From positions 384,001 to 448,000 of the forward strand of contig OZ242318.1 in the NCBI GenBank assembly GCA_965208105.1: a stretch of DNA of 64,000 nt. The letters run 5' to 3'. Under the pieces are notes generated by a model. It searched no databases, had not been told where the DNA came from, and saw only the letters and a program-made list of their open reading frames with translations. Below are positions 28,411 to 39,496 of the stretch, in pieces. Within the stretch, counting starts at the first letter, position 1. Every line of letters begins with the position of its first letter. Source of the stretch: Candidatus Latescibacterota bacterium (GTDB lineage: Bacteria > Latescibacterota > UBA2968 > UBA8231). Made by a program: the position numbers and the translations under genes.

Positions 28411-30117
28411 TCAGCTGCTTCCGAATATTTCCAGAAAGCGGTTTTCGGCTTCCACGCTGCCGATGAGTATCATTTCTCTACCTTGGGGCAGGGGCAGGGT
28501 CGGGTCAGGATTGATTTCCATTTGATCGCCATCGACGATCGCGATCACGGTACATCTGGTTTCCCTGCGAATTGATGAATTGGCCAAGCTCTTACCGACC
28601 AGGGAGGGAGGGATTTTTACCTTGAACACATCCAACCCTTCGTCCACCATCAGAATATCGCTGCGCTCGAGCAAATTGAAAATGGCGTTGGCTCCCATCG
28701 AGGCATATGACATGACGAAGTCCGCCCCGGCTCGATGAAGTGTCGAAACATTCCTTTCCAGTGTAGCCCGGCCGATGATTTGAATATCGGGCCTCAGGTG
28801 CCGGCAGTAAATCGTGAGGTAGATATTCGTCTCATCTTCGCGGGTCGTAATGAGCACTGTAGGGGCCTCAGTGATCCCTGCCTCCTTCAGAACCTCCAGG
28901 TCCGCCGCATTTCCTAGCAGGTACTTTTCAGTATTCTGAACGCGCTCCGGCAATTGCTCAACAATGAGGTAGTCAGTCCCCTGCTCCTCGAGAGTCCTGC
29001 CCGCTGCCCTGCCAACCCGGCCGCCGCCAATAATTATTACGGGAACATCAGAGGTATTGTCGGCGCGAAATTGCTGGTTGTAATTTTCCAGCTGGTTCTG
29101 GGAACCCGCCAGCACTAACATTGCACCCGGACCGACGAGAGTCTCGGGCCTGGCAGTTTTGAACTCCCCCCGTTCCCAGACCCCCACAACCGTCACTCCG
29201 ACTTTTCTGCGCAATCCGATTTCGGCGAGGGTCTGGCCGACAAGGGATGTCCCGGCCGCGGTGGCTTTGGCAATCAGGAGATGGCTGAATTGGCCTATCG
29301 GCCGTGCCGGGGCGCGGCCACCTCTTGCATGCCGCGCCAGAGATTGGCCCATCATCTCGCCCAGTTGGAGCACCCGGGAACAGCCTGCAAGTTCGAGGAT
29401 GTCCACAGAAGCAGGGTCCCGCGCGGTGGCGACGATTGGTACAGCTTCCGAGGTTTCTCGTACTGTAAATGCCAAACTGGTGTTGGTCGCGTCTGTGGAG
29501 GTCATGGCCACCAGTGCGGCCTTTTCTATCTGAACTTTGCGATAGGTTTCAGGATTGTCCAGGTCGCCGACCACCACCCTCAATCCCAGGTCGTACAGGC
29601 GCGACGCCTCCAATGGATCCGCAACCACCAAAACGTAAGGGTAACGGTACTGGGTTAATTTGTGAATCAAAGCACTTGTGACCGGATCGTAATACGTGAT
29701 CACAACATGGCCATGGGTGTCCTCGGAGAGTTTCCGGGGAATCCGGGAAGCGGACTGAGTTTCCATCCACGGCAAGTAGAAAAATTGAATGAATGTGAAA
29801 GGCAGAATGATCAGGATGAAGGCCACACCGGACAGGAGGACAACCATGGAGAACACACGACCCCAATCCTCAGTGAAGACAATATCTCCATATCCCAGGG
29901 TCGTCATGAGGGTCAGGGTCCAGTAGACCCCGGTAAACCAGCTGAAATCGCGCCCCTCATGAGCCATGAGAAGGTGAAAAAGGACGCTGTAAATACCCAC
30001 CAAAATGACCAAAGTCCCAAGCAACCAAAGCAATACCTTGAGTTTTTGGCGATTGGTGGGGTTGCGCGAAAAGCCGAGCAGATGGGGAACGAGATGTTTC
30101 ACGAGCTCGAACGGCAT
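28411..30117 (-). CDS. Potassium channel with TrkA-N/TrkA-C (RCK) domains
   Basis: TMs flanking the selectivity filter TTLGYGD; two Rossmann RCK domains (IIGGGRVG); alternative TTG start at 30153. Confidence 0.9.
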   Translation of the reverse strand: MPFELVKHLVPHLLGFSRNPTNRQKLKVLLWLLGTLVILVGIYSVLFHLLMAHEGRDFSWFTGVYWTLTLMTTLGYGDIVFTEDWGRVFSMVVLLSGVAFILIILPFTFIQFFYLPWMETQSASRIPRKLSEDTHGHVVITYYDPVTSALIHKLTQYRYPYVLVVADPLEASRLYDLGLRVVVGDLDNPETYRKVQIEKAALVAMTSTDATNTSLAFTVRETSEAVPIVATARDPASVDILELAGCSRVLQLGEMMGQSLARHARGGRAPARPIGQFSHLLIAKATAAGTSLVGQTLAEIGLRRKVGVTVVGVWERGEFKTARPETLVGPGAMLVLAGSQNQLENYNQQFRADNTSDVPVIIIGGGRVGRAAGRTLEEQGTDYLIVEQLPERVQNTEKYLLGNAADLEVLKEAGITEAPTVLITTREDETNIYLTIYCRHLRPDIQIIGRATLERNVSTLHRAGADFVMSYASMGANAIFNLLERSDILMVDEGLDVFKVKIPPSLVGKSLANSSIRRETRCTVIAIVDGDQMEINPDPTLPLPQGREMILIGSVEAENRFLEIFGSS

Positions 30118-30154
30118 CGATTGAGGGATGGAGTCCAGGGACGAGTCATGCAAT

Positions 30155-31102
30155 CTAACCTTTGGTCATCCATGGGGTTGTTGAGAGGATTTTGGATTGA
30201 GCTGGAAGACTTTGCACGCCGTTCAACTTGAAGATATTTCGAAAGACCAGGATCGAACCGCATGCTCCCGGAACCAGGACGTTGAGCGCAAAAATGAGGA
30301 TAGCCGAATTAAAGGCCGCAAGCGGATCAGCTTCGAGCATGCCGAGTACCAGCACGGCAGCCCCTTCGCGGACTCCCAGGTCCATGAAGCTTATGGGAAG
30401 AATGGACTTCAACCCAAAAATCACCGGGATTCCCCATAAGGCAATTCCAGGGACAGGTCCCCAGCTGCGAACCAGGATGTAGAACTGTGTGAAAAGGACC
30501 AGGTTGAAGAGAATTGACCAAGTCAACCCCCTTGCCCAAACTCCCCCGGGAGCTCGTTCGACCGCCTTCCAGACCCGGTGTATCCAACCATCCCCGCTCC
30601 CCGTCCCGGCCTTCGCTCCGGCCAAGGCCAAAATCACCAGTGATGCCAACAGGAGGACAAGACCAGGTTTGGCCCCGGGAAATATCACCCAAAGCCCCAC
30701 CCATGCCGCGGCAAGAGTTGCTGCCAGCGAACAGAGGCGGTCCACCCCTGCTGCCCCCACCCAGGTCGCGCGGTCTCCAACAAGAAATATCCCTCTTCCC
30801 AGCTCTCCCAATCGTCCCGGGGACACGAGGCCGAGGGCGAAACCAATCAGCAGGGAGTGCATCCCGTCCCCCCAGGTAGTCTGCGGACGATAGTGCCTGA
30901 GAAGCTGCTTCCATTTCACCCACTGTATTCCAAGTCCCAAGAGGGCAAGAAGCCCTGCCAAGGCTATCCACCCCGGGTCCATTTGTTTCCAGGCTTCCCA
31001 GAGACGGCCTGGCTTCAGATAGACCCCCAAGCTTCCCAGGAAGATGGCGGCAAGACCTATTTTCAGAATGGGAAGCCAGTGACCGGTTTGAAGAAGTTTC
31101 AC
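30155..31102 (-). CDS. Lysylphosphatidylglycerol synthase TM-domain (flippase-like, UPF0104) protein
   Basis: Multi-TM; KW..LL, PGRLGELGR, DRL, LPIS.MDLGVRE; start codon uncertain. Confidence 0.8.
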   Translation of the reverse strand: MKLLQTGHWLPILKIGLAAIFLGSLGVYLKPGRLWEAWKQMDPGWIALAGLLALLGLGIQWVKWKQLLRHYRPQTTWGDGMHSLLIGFALGLVSPGRLGELGRGIFLVGDRATWVGAAGVDRLCSLAATLAAAWVGLWVIFPGAKPGLVLLLASLVILALAGAKAGTGSGDGWIHRVWKAVERAPGGVWARGLTWSILFNLVLFTQFYILVRSWGPVPGIALWGIPVIFGLKSILPISFMDLGVREGAAVLVLGMLEADPLAAFNSAILIFALNVLVPGACGSILVFRNIFKLNGVQSLPAQSKILSTTPWMTKG

Positions 31103-31526
31103 AGGCAGGCTGCGGACGAGGGAATGAGGTGAGAGAGAAAGTCGCCGAAAAATCAGCGTAGAACACAGAAGATTCCCACCCGGCAAGCGCTCGTAAGGTA
31201 TAGCGGTCATGCGCTCTTCAGAGCACGAGCGAGAAGGCATCGAAAGCGGCAATGGAGGAGGGTGGACCCGCTCCCGCCTTACCAGACTGGAATGCCTCAA
31301 AAATTTGCTTCAGCCCGATGCTCCGTGGAACCAGAAGCATTAATGCGGCTAGGAAAAATAGATGGGAGCCTTTCCGAAGTCAAGCAATTACCTTCTTCCC
31401 TGTGAGTCGTCGGCTATCCGGCCTGGTCGCATGGGTAATGATTGCCAGGTTCCCCGTTCCATTCGCATCCGGTAATCCATTCAATTTCCAAGGGGAATGG
31501 ACAAAGGGAGATATCCAGACCGGGCC

Positions 31527-32618
31527 TCAGTCCCGAAAGAGGAAGGTGACCACATCTCCGTCCTGGACGATATAGTCTTTGCCTTCGGTGCGCAGTTTTC
31601 CTGCATCCTTCAGTCTTGCCAAACTGCCCGCAGATATCAAGTCTGCAGATGAAACTATTTCGGCGCGGATAAATCCGCGCTCCATGTCGCTGTGTATCCT
31701 GCCCGCCGCCCTGGACGCCTCCGTTCCCCTGGGCAACTGCCAGGCCTGGAGCTTGCGGTTTGCCACGGTGTAGAAGGTAATCAAATCGAGCAACTGGTAG
31801 CTGGCAAGAATGAGCCGCTCGATTCCATTGGCCTCCAATCCCAACTCGGCCGAAAATTCACCTCTTTCCCCGGCAGGAAGTTGCGCAATTTCGGCTTCGA
31901 GCTGGGCGGCGACGGGAAGCACCCTGCTCTTGCCTACTCGTTCTTCAAGAGGACCGATCTCCCCCTGCTCGACCTGGGTTGATTCTCCTTCGATATTGGC
32001 AACGTAGAGCACGGGTTTGGCGGTGAGAAAGCCGTAGCCCTGCAGGGATTCTTGTTCTTCCCGGCCGAGCCCAAGTGCGAAAACCGGAGTTCCCGCCCGC
32101 AGGCCTTCTAACACCTTTTCCAATGCTTCCCATGTCGGACGCTGCGAGGACCTCGGGTCTGTGCGCACGACCATTTCCAGCCGTGATTTGCTCCTTTCGA
32201 CGCTTTCGAGATCCGCCAGCATCAGTTCAGTCTCGATCGTATCCACGTCCCTGAGCGGATTGATTTCCCCATCCACGTGGGATACCTGCTGAGCGGCGAA
32301 ATATCGGACAACGTGCAGCAGGGCATCGGCCTCGCGCAAATGCCCGAGGAACTTGTTCCCCAGGCCTTCCCCTTTGCTGGCACCCCGCACCAGTCCTGCG
32401 ATATCGACAAACTGGATTGTGGTAGGAGTGGTACTGGAAGGCTGCAGGATCTGGGCCAGTCGCTGCAGGCGTGAATCTGGAACATCCACTACCCCGAAAT
32501 TGGGCTCGATTGTGCAGAAGGGGTAGTTTGACCCTTCTGCCGATCCTTCGGTCAACGCGTTGAAAAGGGTCGATTTTCCAGAATTCGGCAAGCCGATAAT
32601 GCCTAGACAAAGAGCCAT
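31527..32618 (-). CDS. ychF: Redox-regulated ATPase YchF
   Basis: [69 protein letters not shown]. Confidence 0.97.
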   Translation of the reverse strand: MALCLGIIGLPNSGKSTLFNALTEGSAEGSNYPFCTIEPNFGVVDVPDSRLQRLAQILQPSSTTPTTIQFVDIAGLVRGASKGEGLGNKFLGHLREADALLHVVRYFAAQQVSHVDGEINPLRDVDTIETELMLADLESVERSKSRLEMVVRTDPRSSQRPTWEALEKVLEGLRAGTPVFALGLGREEQESLQGYGFLTAKPVLYVANIEGESTQVEQGEIGPLEERVGKSRVLPVAAQLEAEIAQLPAGERGEFSAELGLEANGIERLILASYQLLDLITFYTVANRKLQAWQLPRGTEASRAAGRIHSDMERGFIRAEIVSSADLISAGSLARLKDAGKLRTEGKDYIVQDGDVVTFLFRD

Positions 32619-32667
32619 TATGTGCCGTTCCGATCAAGTCCTTTCTCTTTTCGACGAGGAACCATAT

Positions 32668-34398
32668 TCACCTGGCCTTTCTGGTTCCATCTCTCTCTTC
32701 GGGAAGCAGGCCAGGTTCGACCAGGAGGGTCTTTTCCCTTCTGATGGAGGCCGTACCCGGAGCACTTCCCCTGGGCTTCATAACATATTTCACCAGCGTA
32801 TAGACCACCGCCACCTTGCTGGAGGTCCTTCCCTTGCTCCAATAGGCGGCTACCCCCGCCGCTTCTTTCAGAGTTTGGGAGCCTGGTTCTTCGCGGCGGC
32901 CTTGCCGCCGCAGTATCACGTGGGATCCGGCATAGCCATGGGCGTGCAACCAGATGTCGTCCTTCGAGGCCATGCGATGGGTGAGCTGGTCGTTTTCCTT
33001 ATTGTTGCGGCCGGCCCAGACGCTCCAACCCGTTGCGGTGCAATAGCGCCGTGGATGGGCAAGGGGGTTTCTGCGGGCCTGCTTCCGTTCCTCCCGGCCT
33101 GCCACTCCATGCTCGTGCAGCCACCCTTCGATTTCGCCATGGTCCAAGTTCTTACCTTCTTCGAGTTCGAGCAGCAGCCTCCGGGTATTCCCGGCTTCCG
33201 ATTCGAGTTTTTGAAGGAAGTTTGGCAGGACCTGGCGCCGTCGCTGCAACTTCCTGGAGGTCTTTAAATACCACTTTCCGTTCTCTGCGGGCGAACGGCG
33301 CCGGTCGAGTTCGATAACCACCCGGGACCGGCCTGTAAGATCGAAAATGTCCGGCAACTCGACCTGGGAATATCCCTGCTTGACCGAGGATAGATGAGCC
33401 ATCAAAATGCTTCCCATCCTTTCCAGCTCCTCGGCACGGCCGGCTTCCTTCAGGTCCAGGCGAAGAGCATCGATTCTTTTCTCCATGCGCCTCAGTGCCA
33501 CCGTCAGACCTTTCTCGAGCCGTTGCTTTCGCCTCCTTTTTTCTTCGATCATGCGATCTTCGTTTTCCACCAGAATCAGAGCTTCGCTGATCGAAGAACA
33601 TTCTTTCCGCGCCCCGCCTTTGTGGGTGGGTTCGAGTGCAGAGAAAAACTTCCGGCATCCTTCCTGCCAAACGTATCCCCGCGGCGGTGGAACGGCACCG
33701 TAAAGTTCCCTGACCGCACCCCAGATCCTCGTCCATCTGAGACTGGTAATCTGGGCTGTAGTCTCATGTTCATTCAGGCCGAGGCGATGCAGGATTTCAG
33801 GTAGTATTTCATTGTCTATTCCCGCTAATATCCGTCCCAGGGCTGGCCCCACCTCATCATCTGGTTTCAACCTGGAAGAGAAGCTGGAAAAGGAGTCCTC
33901 TCCAGGTAAGATGCGGTCCTGGAGAGGAGGAGTTAGATAGGCCTTGCCAACGACGACACGGGCTTTTCCCCCTCTCCTCCTCCCTTCTCGGACCCATTTC
34001 CCCAGTACCGCGTTCGATTCCTCACTGATCAGCACGATCTGGACTCGGGACCGGATCAATTCACACACCAGTTGGCCATAGGTCGAGGATCCCGATCGGT
34101 TCCTTCGGACCAGCCTGACTCTGATAATACGGTCCCGCCTCTCCGCCCAGACGTCTTCAACGAAGGCGTTGCGCAGATAACGCTCAGGACCGCTTGATTC
34201 CCCCAATTCAGCGGGTAGCGGTCCCGGCAGATAGCAGAAATAGCCACCGGGACCGACCCGGGCATAGACATAACCGGATCGATCACGGGCAAACCCCACG
34301 CCCATGGCATCAGAACCCACCGCGGTAATCTTTTGGCCTTTTAAGTACTGGCGCACTTCACTCGCCAGTGCGCTGGTCGTAAAAAGGTCGAATGCCAT
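32668..34398 (-). CDS. rqcH: NFACT/RqcH ribosome quality control protein
   Basis: MAFD N-terminus, RDRII, coiled coil, GRNNKENDQLT, DIWLHA..YAGSHV, EAA.VAAYWSK. Confidence 0.85.
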   Translation of the reverse strand: MAFDLFTTSALASEVRQYLKGQKITAVGSDAMGVGFARDRSGYVYARVGPGGYFCYLPGPLPAELGESSGPERYLRNAFVEDVWAERRDRIIRVRLVRRNRSGSSTYGQLVCELIRSRVQIVLISEESNAVLGKWVREGRRRGGKARVVVGKAYLTPPLQDRILPGEDSFSSFSSRLKPDDEVGPALGRILAGIDNEILPEILHRLGLNEHETTAQITSLRWTRIWGAVRELYGAVPPPRGYVWQEGCRKFFSALEPTHKGGARKECSSISEALILVENEDRMIEEKRRRKQRLEKGLTVALRRMEKRIDALRLDLKEAGRAEELERMGSILMAHLSSVKQGYSQVELPDIFDLTGRSRVVIELDRRRSPAENGKWYLKTSRKLQRRRQVLPNFLQKLESEAGNTRRLLLELEEGKNLDHGEIEGWLHEHGVAGREERKQARRNPLAHPRRYCTATGWSVWAGRNNKENDQLTHRMASKDDIWLHAHGYAGSHVILRRQGRREEPGSQTLKEAAGVAAYWSKGRTSSKVAVVYTLVKYVMKPRGSAPGTASIRREKTLLVEPGLLPEERDGTRKAR

Positions 34399-34510
34399 GG
34401 AAATCGAGATGGATCAAATTTAAATGGTCTGCAGGCAGATGCCGTTTTGGCATCAATGATTGATTCTCGATCTGTTCCGGGGACTGTTCCGGGAAAGTGA
34501 AAGGACTTCG

Positions 34511-37279
34511 TCAGGTGCGCAGGATTTCCAGGTTGCCTTCCAATTTCGCCAAACTAACCATGTATTCCGCGTGGCGTTCACGCTCCTTTTCCACTATTTC
34601 CCTCGGGGCTTTCTGGAGAAAGCCCGAATTTCCCAGCTTTTTCTCCAGACCATTTAACAAGCCGCGGTATTTGGCTATTTCTTTTTGCAGGCGACGGCGT
34701 TCGACATCCAGATCGATCAATCCCTCCAGGGGGATGTAGACCTCGGTTTCCCCAACGATTGCGCTGACGGAAGCCTGCGGCCGACTCAGACCATGACCGA
34801 TTTCAACCTTTTCGGCTCGCGACAAAAATTCGATATAATCGCCCTGCCTGGCGAGCTGGCTCGCAGATTCCGGAGAGGCCGTCGCCAGCAGAAGATTCAC
34901 CCGTCTTCCGGGAGGAATATTCATATCGGCGCGCATGGTCCGCACCGCAGTCACGATATTCTGCATCCTGGCCACCTCTTCTTCGGCTCCATCATCGATC
35001 CGGGACGGATCCGGCGCAGGCCAGGGGGCCAACATGATGCTGGGCCCTCGTCCCGGCGACGCCGGCAGGACTTGCCACAGGGCCTCGGTGATAAACGGCA
35101 TGATGGGGTGCATCAGTCGCAGGGCCTGCTCGAGAACCTGGATCAGGGTGTGTTGCACCTGCAACCGGGCCTCGGGAGCCCCACCCTGCAGGCGGGCCTT
35201 GGCCATCTCCACAAACCAGTCGCAGTAGTCGCGCCAGAGAAAATCATAGACCACCCGGGTAACGTCGCTAAGACGGTATGCTTCGAGGTAACGGTTCACA
35301 TCCTCGATAGTGCGGGCGAACCGGCTCTCGATCCATCGGTCTGCCAGGTCCTGGCTCCGCACCCGATCCTGTGTACTCTCGTACCCCTCGAGGTTCATCA
35401 GCACAAACCGGGCGGCATTCCAGAGTTTGTTGCAAAAATTCCGCCCGTTCTCGGCGCTGACGGAGGATTGGACCACGCTGTTTTCCATCTCGGCATCGAA
35501 ACGCACATCCTGCAGGGTGCCGACTTGGTGCAGCAGGCTGTAACGTGTTGCGTCGGCGCCGTAAAGGCGGATCAGGTCCAGAGGATCGAGTCCCGTCCCC
35601 AGGCTCTTGCTCATGCGACGACCGTCCCTTGTCAATACCGTCGGATGAACGAGGACAACCTTGAAGGGAATCTCGTCGAGGAATTCAACCGCCGTCATTA
35701 CCATGCGCAAGACCCATAGATAGAGAATATCGCGGCCAGTTATCATCAAGTCGGTGGGGTAAAAATATCTCAAATCCGCTGTCTTTCGCGGCCATCCCAG
35801 GGTGGCAAAGGGCCACAGCGCGGAGGAAAACCAGGTGTCCAGGACATCGGGATCCTGCACCAGTTCCTCACTGCCACACTGGGAACAGGCATCCGGTCGA
35901 GTTGCACTTACCATGGGCCGTGCTCCTTTTTCCAGGTCCACGCGAAAGTTTCCCAGGTCCAGTGCTTCCTTCCATTCCAGACCTTCCAGCGGGATGAGCC
36001 CGGGCGCACTGCAGGATCGACAGTACCAGGCGGGGATCCTGTGTCCCCACCAGATCTGGCGGGAGAGAGCCCAGTCTCGAATGTTCCGCAGCCATTCGAC
36101 GGAATAGGCGGAAAAGCGATCCGGAATGAAGGATACGGCTCCACTTTCAAGATAGGGCAGTGCCAGTCGCGCCAGTGGTTTCATATCCATGAACCACTGC
36201 TCCATGGGAAGTGGCTCGATCACTGTGCCGCATTTGTCGTGGTGGGGAACCGAATGGAGGTGGTCTTCGACATCTTCGAGAAATCCGCCTTGCCGCAAGG
36301 CAGCTACCACGGCCTTTCTGCAGGCATATCGCTCCATGCCGCGAAAGGCGCCGGCTTCTTCCGTGCTAATGCCGTCATAACCGATGACTTGGATCTGCTC
36401 CAGTCCATGCCGCTGCCCGATCTCGTAGTCGTTGGGGTCGTGAGCTGGTGTGACCTTGACGGCTCCTGTCCCTACTTCCGGATCGGCGTACCCGTCGGCG
36501 ATAATGGGGATCCGGCGGCCCACCAATGGCAGGGATACCATCTTTCCCAGGCTTTCCCGCCAGCGACCGTCGTCGGGATGAACTGCCACTGCGGTGTCGC
36601 CGAGTAAGGTCTCCGGCCGGGTGGTGACCACCACCACCTCGGGACCACCATTCACACCGGGATAGCGGATGTGCCAGAGATTTCCCTGGAGTTCGCGCTC
36701 CTCCGTCTCCAGGTCGGAAATAACCGTTCTGCAGGCAGGACACCAATTGATCATGCGGGTCCCCCGGTAGATCCAGCCCTTTGAATGAAAGTGTTCGAAG
36801 GCGCCCAGCACACCCTCGACATAGGCTTCGTCGAGGGTGAAACGGGCGCGCTGCCAGTCGTAGCTGGCTCCCAGCTTGCGCAACTGCTTGTAGATAGCCT
36901 CCCCATATGTCTCCTTCCATGCCCAGACCCGGTCGAGAAAGGCGTCCCGTCCCAGGTCATGGCGAGTCCTGGCTTCGGTCCTGGCAAGCTCGTTTTCCAC
37001 CACCATCTGGGTGGCGATCCCGGCGTGGTCGGTCCCCGGCAAACAGAGTGTTTCGCACCCTTGCATCCGCTTCCAGCGGATAATCATATCGTGAACGGCG
37101 TGCTGAATCGCATGACCCATGTGCAAGGATCCGGTTACGTTCGGCGGTGGTATGGTAATGCAGTAGGACTTTTTGTCCTCGCGGACTTCAGCCCTGAAAA
37201 ATTCCTCCCTTTCCCAAAAGGCATACCATTTTTCCTCGGTGATCCCGGGATCGTAGACTTTGGACAAATGGGCCGGCAT
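34511..37279 (-). CDS. valS: Valine--tRNA ligase
   Basis: PPPNVTGSLHMGHA, DHAGIATQ, TTRPET, DVLDTWFSS, RMSKS, C-terminal coiled coil. Confidence 0.97.
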   Translation of the reverse strand: MPAHLSKVYDPGITEEKWYAFWEREEFFRAEVREDKKSYCITIPPPNVTGSLHMGHAIQHAVHDMIIRWKRMQGCETLCLPGTDHAGIATQMVVENELARTEARTRHDLGRDAFLDRVWAWKETYGEAIYKQLRKLGASYDWQRARFTLDEAYVEGVLGAFEHFHSKGWIYRGTRMINWCPACRTVISDLETEERELQGNLWHIRYPGVNGGPEVVVVTTRPETLLGDTAVAVHPDDGRWRESLGKMVSLPLVGRRIPIIADGYADPEVGTGAVKVTPAHDPNDYEIGQRHGLEQIQVIGYDGISTEEAGAFRGMERYACRKAVVAALRQGGFLEDVEDHLHSVPHHDKCGTVIEPLPMEQWFMDMKPLARLALPYLESGAVSFIPDRFSAYSVEWLRNIRDWALSRQIWWGHRIPAWYCRSCSAPGLIPLEGLEWKEALDLGNFRVDLEKGARPMVSATRPDACSQCGSEELVQDPDVLDTWFSSALWPFATLGWPRKTADLRYFYPTDLMITGRDILYLWVLRMVMTAVEFLDEIPFKVVLVHPTVLTRDGRRMSKSLGTGLDPLDLIRLYGADATRYSLLHQVGTLQDVRFDAEMENSVVQSSVSAENGRNFCNKLWNAARFVLMNLEGYESTQDRVRSQDLADRWIESRFARTIEDVNRYLEAYRLSDVTRVVYDFLWRDYCDWFVEMAKARLQGGAPEARLQVQHTLIQVLEQALRLMHPIMPFITEALWQVLPASPGRGPSIMLAPWPAPDPSRIDDGAEEEVARMQNIVTAVRTMRADMNIPPGRRVNLLLATASPESASQLARQGDYIEFLSRAEKVEIGHGLSRPQASVSAIVGETEVYIPLEGLIDLDVERRRLQKEIAKYRGLLNGLEKKLGNSGFLQKAPREIVEKERERHAEYMVSLAKLEGNLEILRT

Positions 37280-37519
37280 ATCGAACTTTCCCCCAAACCT
37301 GAAAAGTGCCTAACTAAATGAAATTGAATTGGTTAAATATACAAATACAGGGCAATTATGACAATTCCCAAGGAGTATCCTGCCCCCTCGCTCAATTATT
37401 TTTCCCTTTACATGCGGGTCTCCTTTTTGAATTTTTTCATTTTGTGCCGGGCGGAACATCCTCCGCTCCGCCGGCTCCATCCAACACCTGAATTGCTGGA
37501 CTACTGCTTTCCATTCAAG

Positions 37520-38443
37520 ATGACCAGGTGGGCTCACCTTCTCACTGAACGAAGAAACCCGGCAAGCTCACGCATTGACGAGGTGTCTACTCTGGAGATG
37601 CTCGCGATCATCAACCGCGAGGACGCCAAAGTATCTCCCGCATTGGAGCGCGAGCTGCCGGCGATAGCTCAGGCGGTGGACCTGGTAGTGGATGCACTGC
37701 GCAGCGGTGGGCGCCTCTTCTACCTCGGAGCGGGGACCAGCGGCCGGCTCGGCGTCCTGGACGCTGCCGAGTGCCCTCCTACCTATAACACGGATCCTGC
37801 CATGGTACAGGCAATTATAGCCGGCGGCACAGAGGCCGTCCGGGAGGCGGTAGAAGGTGCCGAAGACGACGCCAAGGCGGGAGTTCAAGACCTGAAAGCC
37901 CGGGACCTCTCCTCTGCTGACGCGGTGATAGGAATAGCCGCCAGCGGTGTCACCCCTTACGTCCGCAGCGGGATTGAATACGCCCGGGGGCTGTCTTGCA
38001 CGACCATTTTTTTTACCTGCAGCCCGAACGTCGTCCACCAGGTTGAAGCAGATGTCGCGATCGCACCCAAGGTGGGACCGGAAGTCATCACCGGGTCCAC
38101 GCGCATGAAAGCTGGAACGGCCACCAAACTATTCCTGAACATGGTCTCCACCTGTGCAATGGTGAGGCTGGGCAAAACCTATGGGAATTTGATGGTCGAC
38201 CTGCAGCCTAAGAGCGCAAAGCTCAGAGACCGGACCATTCGCATCCTTTCCAATTTGACCCATTTGCCCGAGGACAAGGCCCTTCAACGACTACAAGAGG
38301 CACAGGGTAATCTGAAGCTGGCTCTGGTCATGGAAATTTGTGGAGTCGGGCTCGGCACCGCCCGGACATTGCTCGCCTCCTGCCATGGCGTCGTCAGGGA
38401 TGCGGTGCGACGCTGGAGCGACACCAGATGTGATGATATTTGA
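37520..38443 (+). CDS. murQ: N-acetylmuramic acid 6-phosphate etherase
   Basis: LLTERRNP, GAGTSGRLGVLDAAECPPTY, GPEVITGSTRMKAGTATK. Confidence 0.95.
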   Translation: MTRWAHLLTERRNPASSRIDEVSTLEMLAIINREDAKVSPALERELPAIAQAVDLVVDALRSGGRLFYLGAGTSGRLGVLDAAECPPTYNTDPAMVQAIIAGGTEAVREAVEGAEDDAKAGVQDLKARDLSSADAVIGIAASGVTPYVRSGIEYARGLSCTTIFFTCSPNVVHQVEADVAIAPKVGPEVITGSTRMKAGTATKLFLNMVSTCAMVRLGKTYGNLMVDLQPKSAKLRDRTIRILSNLTHLPEDKALQRLQEAQGNLKLALVMEICGVGLGTARTLLASCHGVVRDAVRRWSDTRCDDI

Positions 38444-38527
38444 CTTGCGTTTCGCAGGGGTTTATCGTTGCCCGGCAGGCTTGGGGCAATTACAGACGAA
38501 GGCGTGCTGAACGGAAGGATCAGAAGC

Positions 38528-39466
38528 TTGGAGCATCGCAGGCTGGGGGCAACAGATTTACACGTTTCTCCAATCGGGCTGGGAACCGTGCAGATTGGCA
38601 TGCCGTATGGGATCGGCAAGCCTGTCCCTCCCCCCGACGAGGAATGCATCAGTCTTTTGCACCGGGCATGCGAGGCGGGGATAAATTACATCGATACGGC
38701 GGCAGGATACGGCCGCAGCGAAGAGTTAGTCGGCAAAGCCTTCGCCCGGTTTACCCCCAAGCCCGTAATTGCGACGAAAGTAACCCTGCGCAAGAACCAG
38801 CAGGACCCGGAGAATCTGAGGGGTGCATTCCTCCGCAAGCATATTGAAGAGTCGGTGTTGCGGAGTTTGAAGAACCTGGGATGCGAGACCCTGGACCTGT
38901 TGCAGCTCCACGTCGCAAGCGACAGCTTCATCGTTTCCGAACTCCTGGAAAGCATGGACGATTTGAGCTCCCGCGGTCTCGTAAGGTACTGGGGAGCATC
39001 GACATATGGCCTCGAAGCGCCTATGGAGGCCCTCGCCGACCCGAATCGATTCTACACTCTTCAGGTCGCTTATAACATTTTGGACAGGCGTCAGGAAGAT
39101 GTGGTGATTCCCCGATGCAAAGAGCAGGGAGTCGGCCTTGTTCTGCGATCGGTTTTTTTCTTTGGGGCGCTCTCGGAACGCGCTTACACCCTTCCGGACA
39201 GCCTTTCCGGTGTCCGCACTCCCGCGCTCAGAGCCGCCCAAGTCGCAGCGTCCGCGGGGATCTCGCTACCTGCCCTGGCTCTGCGCTATGCCGCTTTCTT
39301 CCCCCAGCCCTGCATCACGCTGTGCGGGACGACCAGCATCGAAGAAATTGAAGGCAACATAGCCGCTTTCGAGGCTGGACCTCTACCTGGCGCGATCAGG
39401 GAAGACTTGGATGATCTGAAATTATATGATGATTTCCTCTTGAATCCAGGAAATTGGGATGTATGA
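38528..39466 (+). CDS. Aldo/keto reductase
   Basis: RRLGATDL.VSPIGLGT, GINYIDTAAGYGRSEE.VG, SLKNL..ETLDLLQLH. Confidence 0.9.
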   Translation: MEHRRLGATDLHVSPIGLGTVQIGMPYGIGKPVPPPDEECISLLHRACEAGINYIDTAAGYGRSEELVGKAFARFTPKPVIATKVTLRKNQQDPENLRGAFLRKHIEESVLRSLKNLGCETLDLLQLHVASDSFIVSELLESMDDLSSRGLVRYWGASTYGLEAPMEALADPNRFYTLQVAYNILDRRQEDVVIPRCKEQGVGLVLRSVFFFGALSERAYTLPDSLSGVRTPALRAAQVAASAGISLPALALRYAAFFPQPCITLCGTTSIEEIEGNIAAFEAGPLPGAIREDLDDLKLYDDFLLNPGNWDV

Positions 39467-39496
39467 GGGAAGTCCGGTCTGGTCGTCCTTGACCTC

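Noticed and set aside
34471-34494. CTGTTCCGGG direct repeat between valS and rqcH
   Set aside because: Only two short units with no spacer structure; not CRISPR-like.
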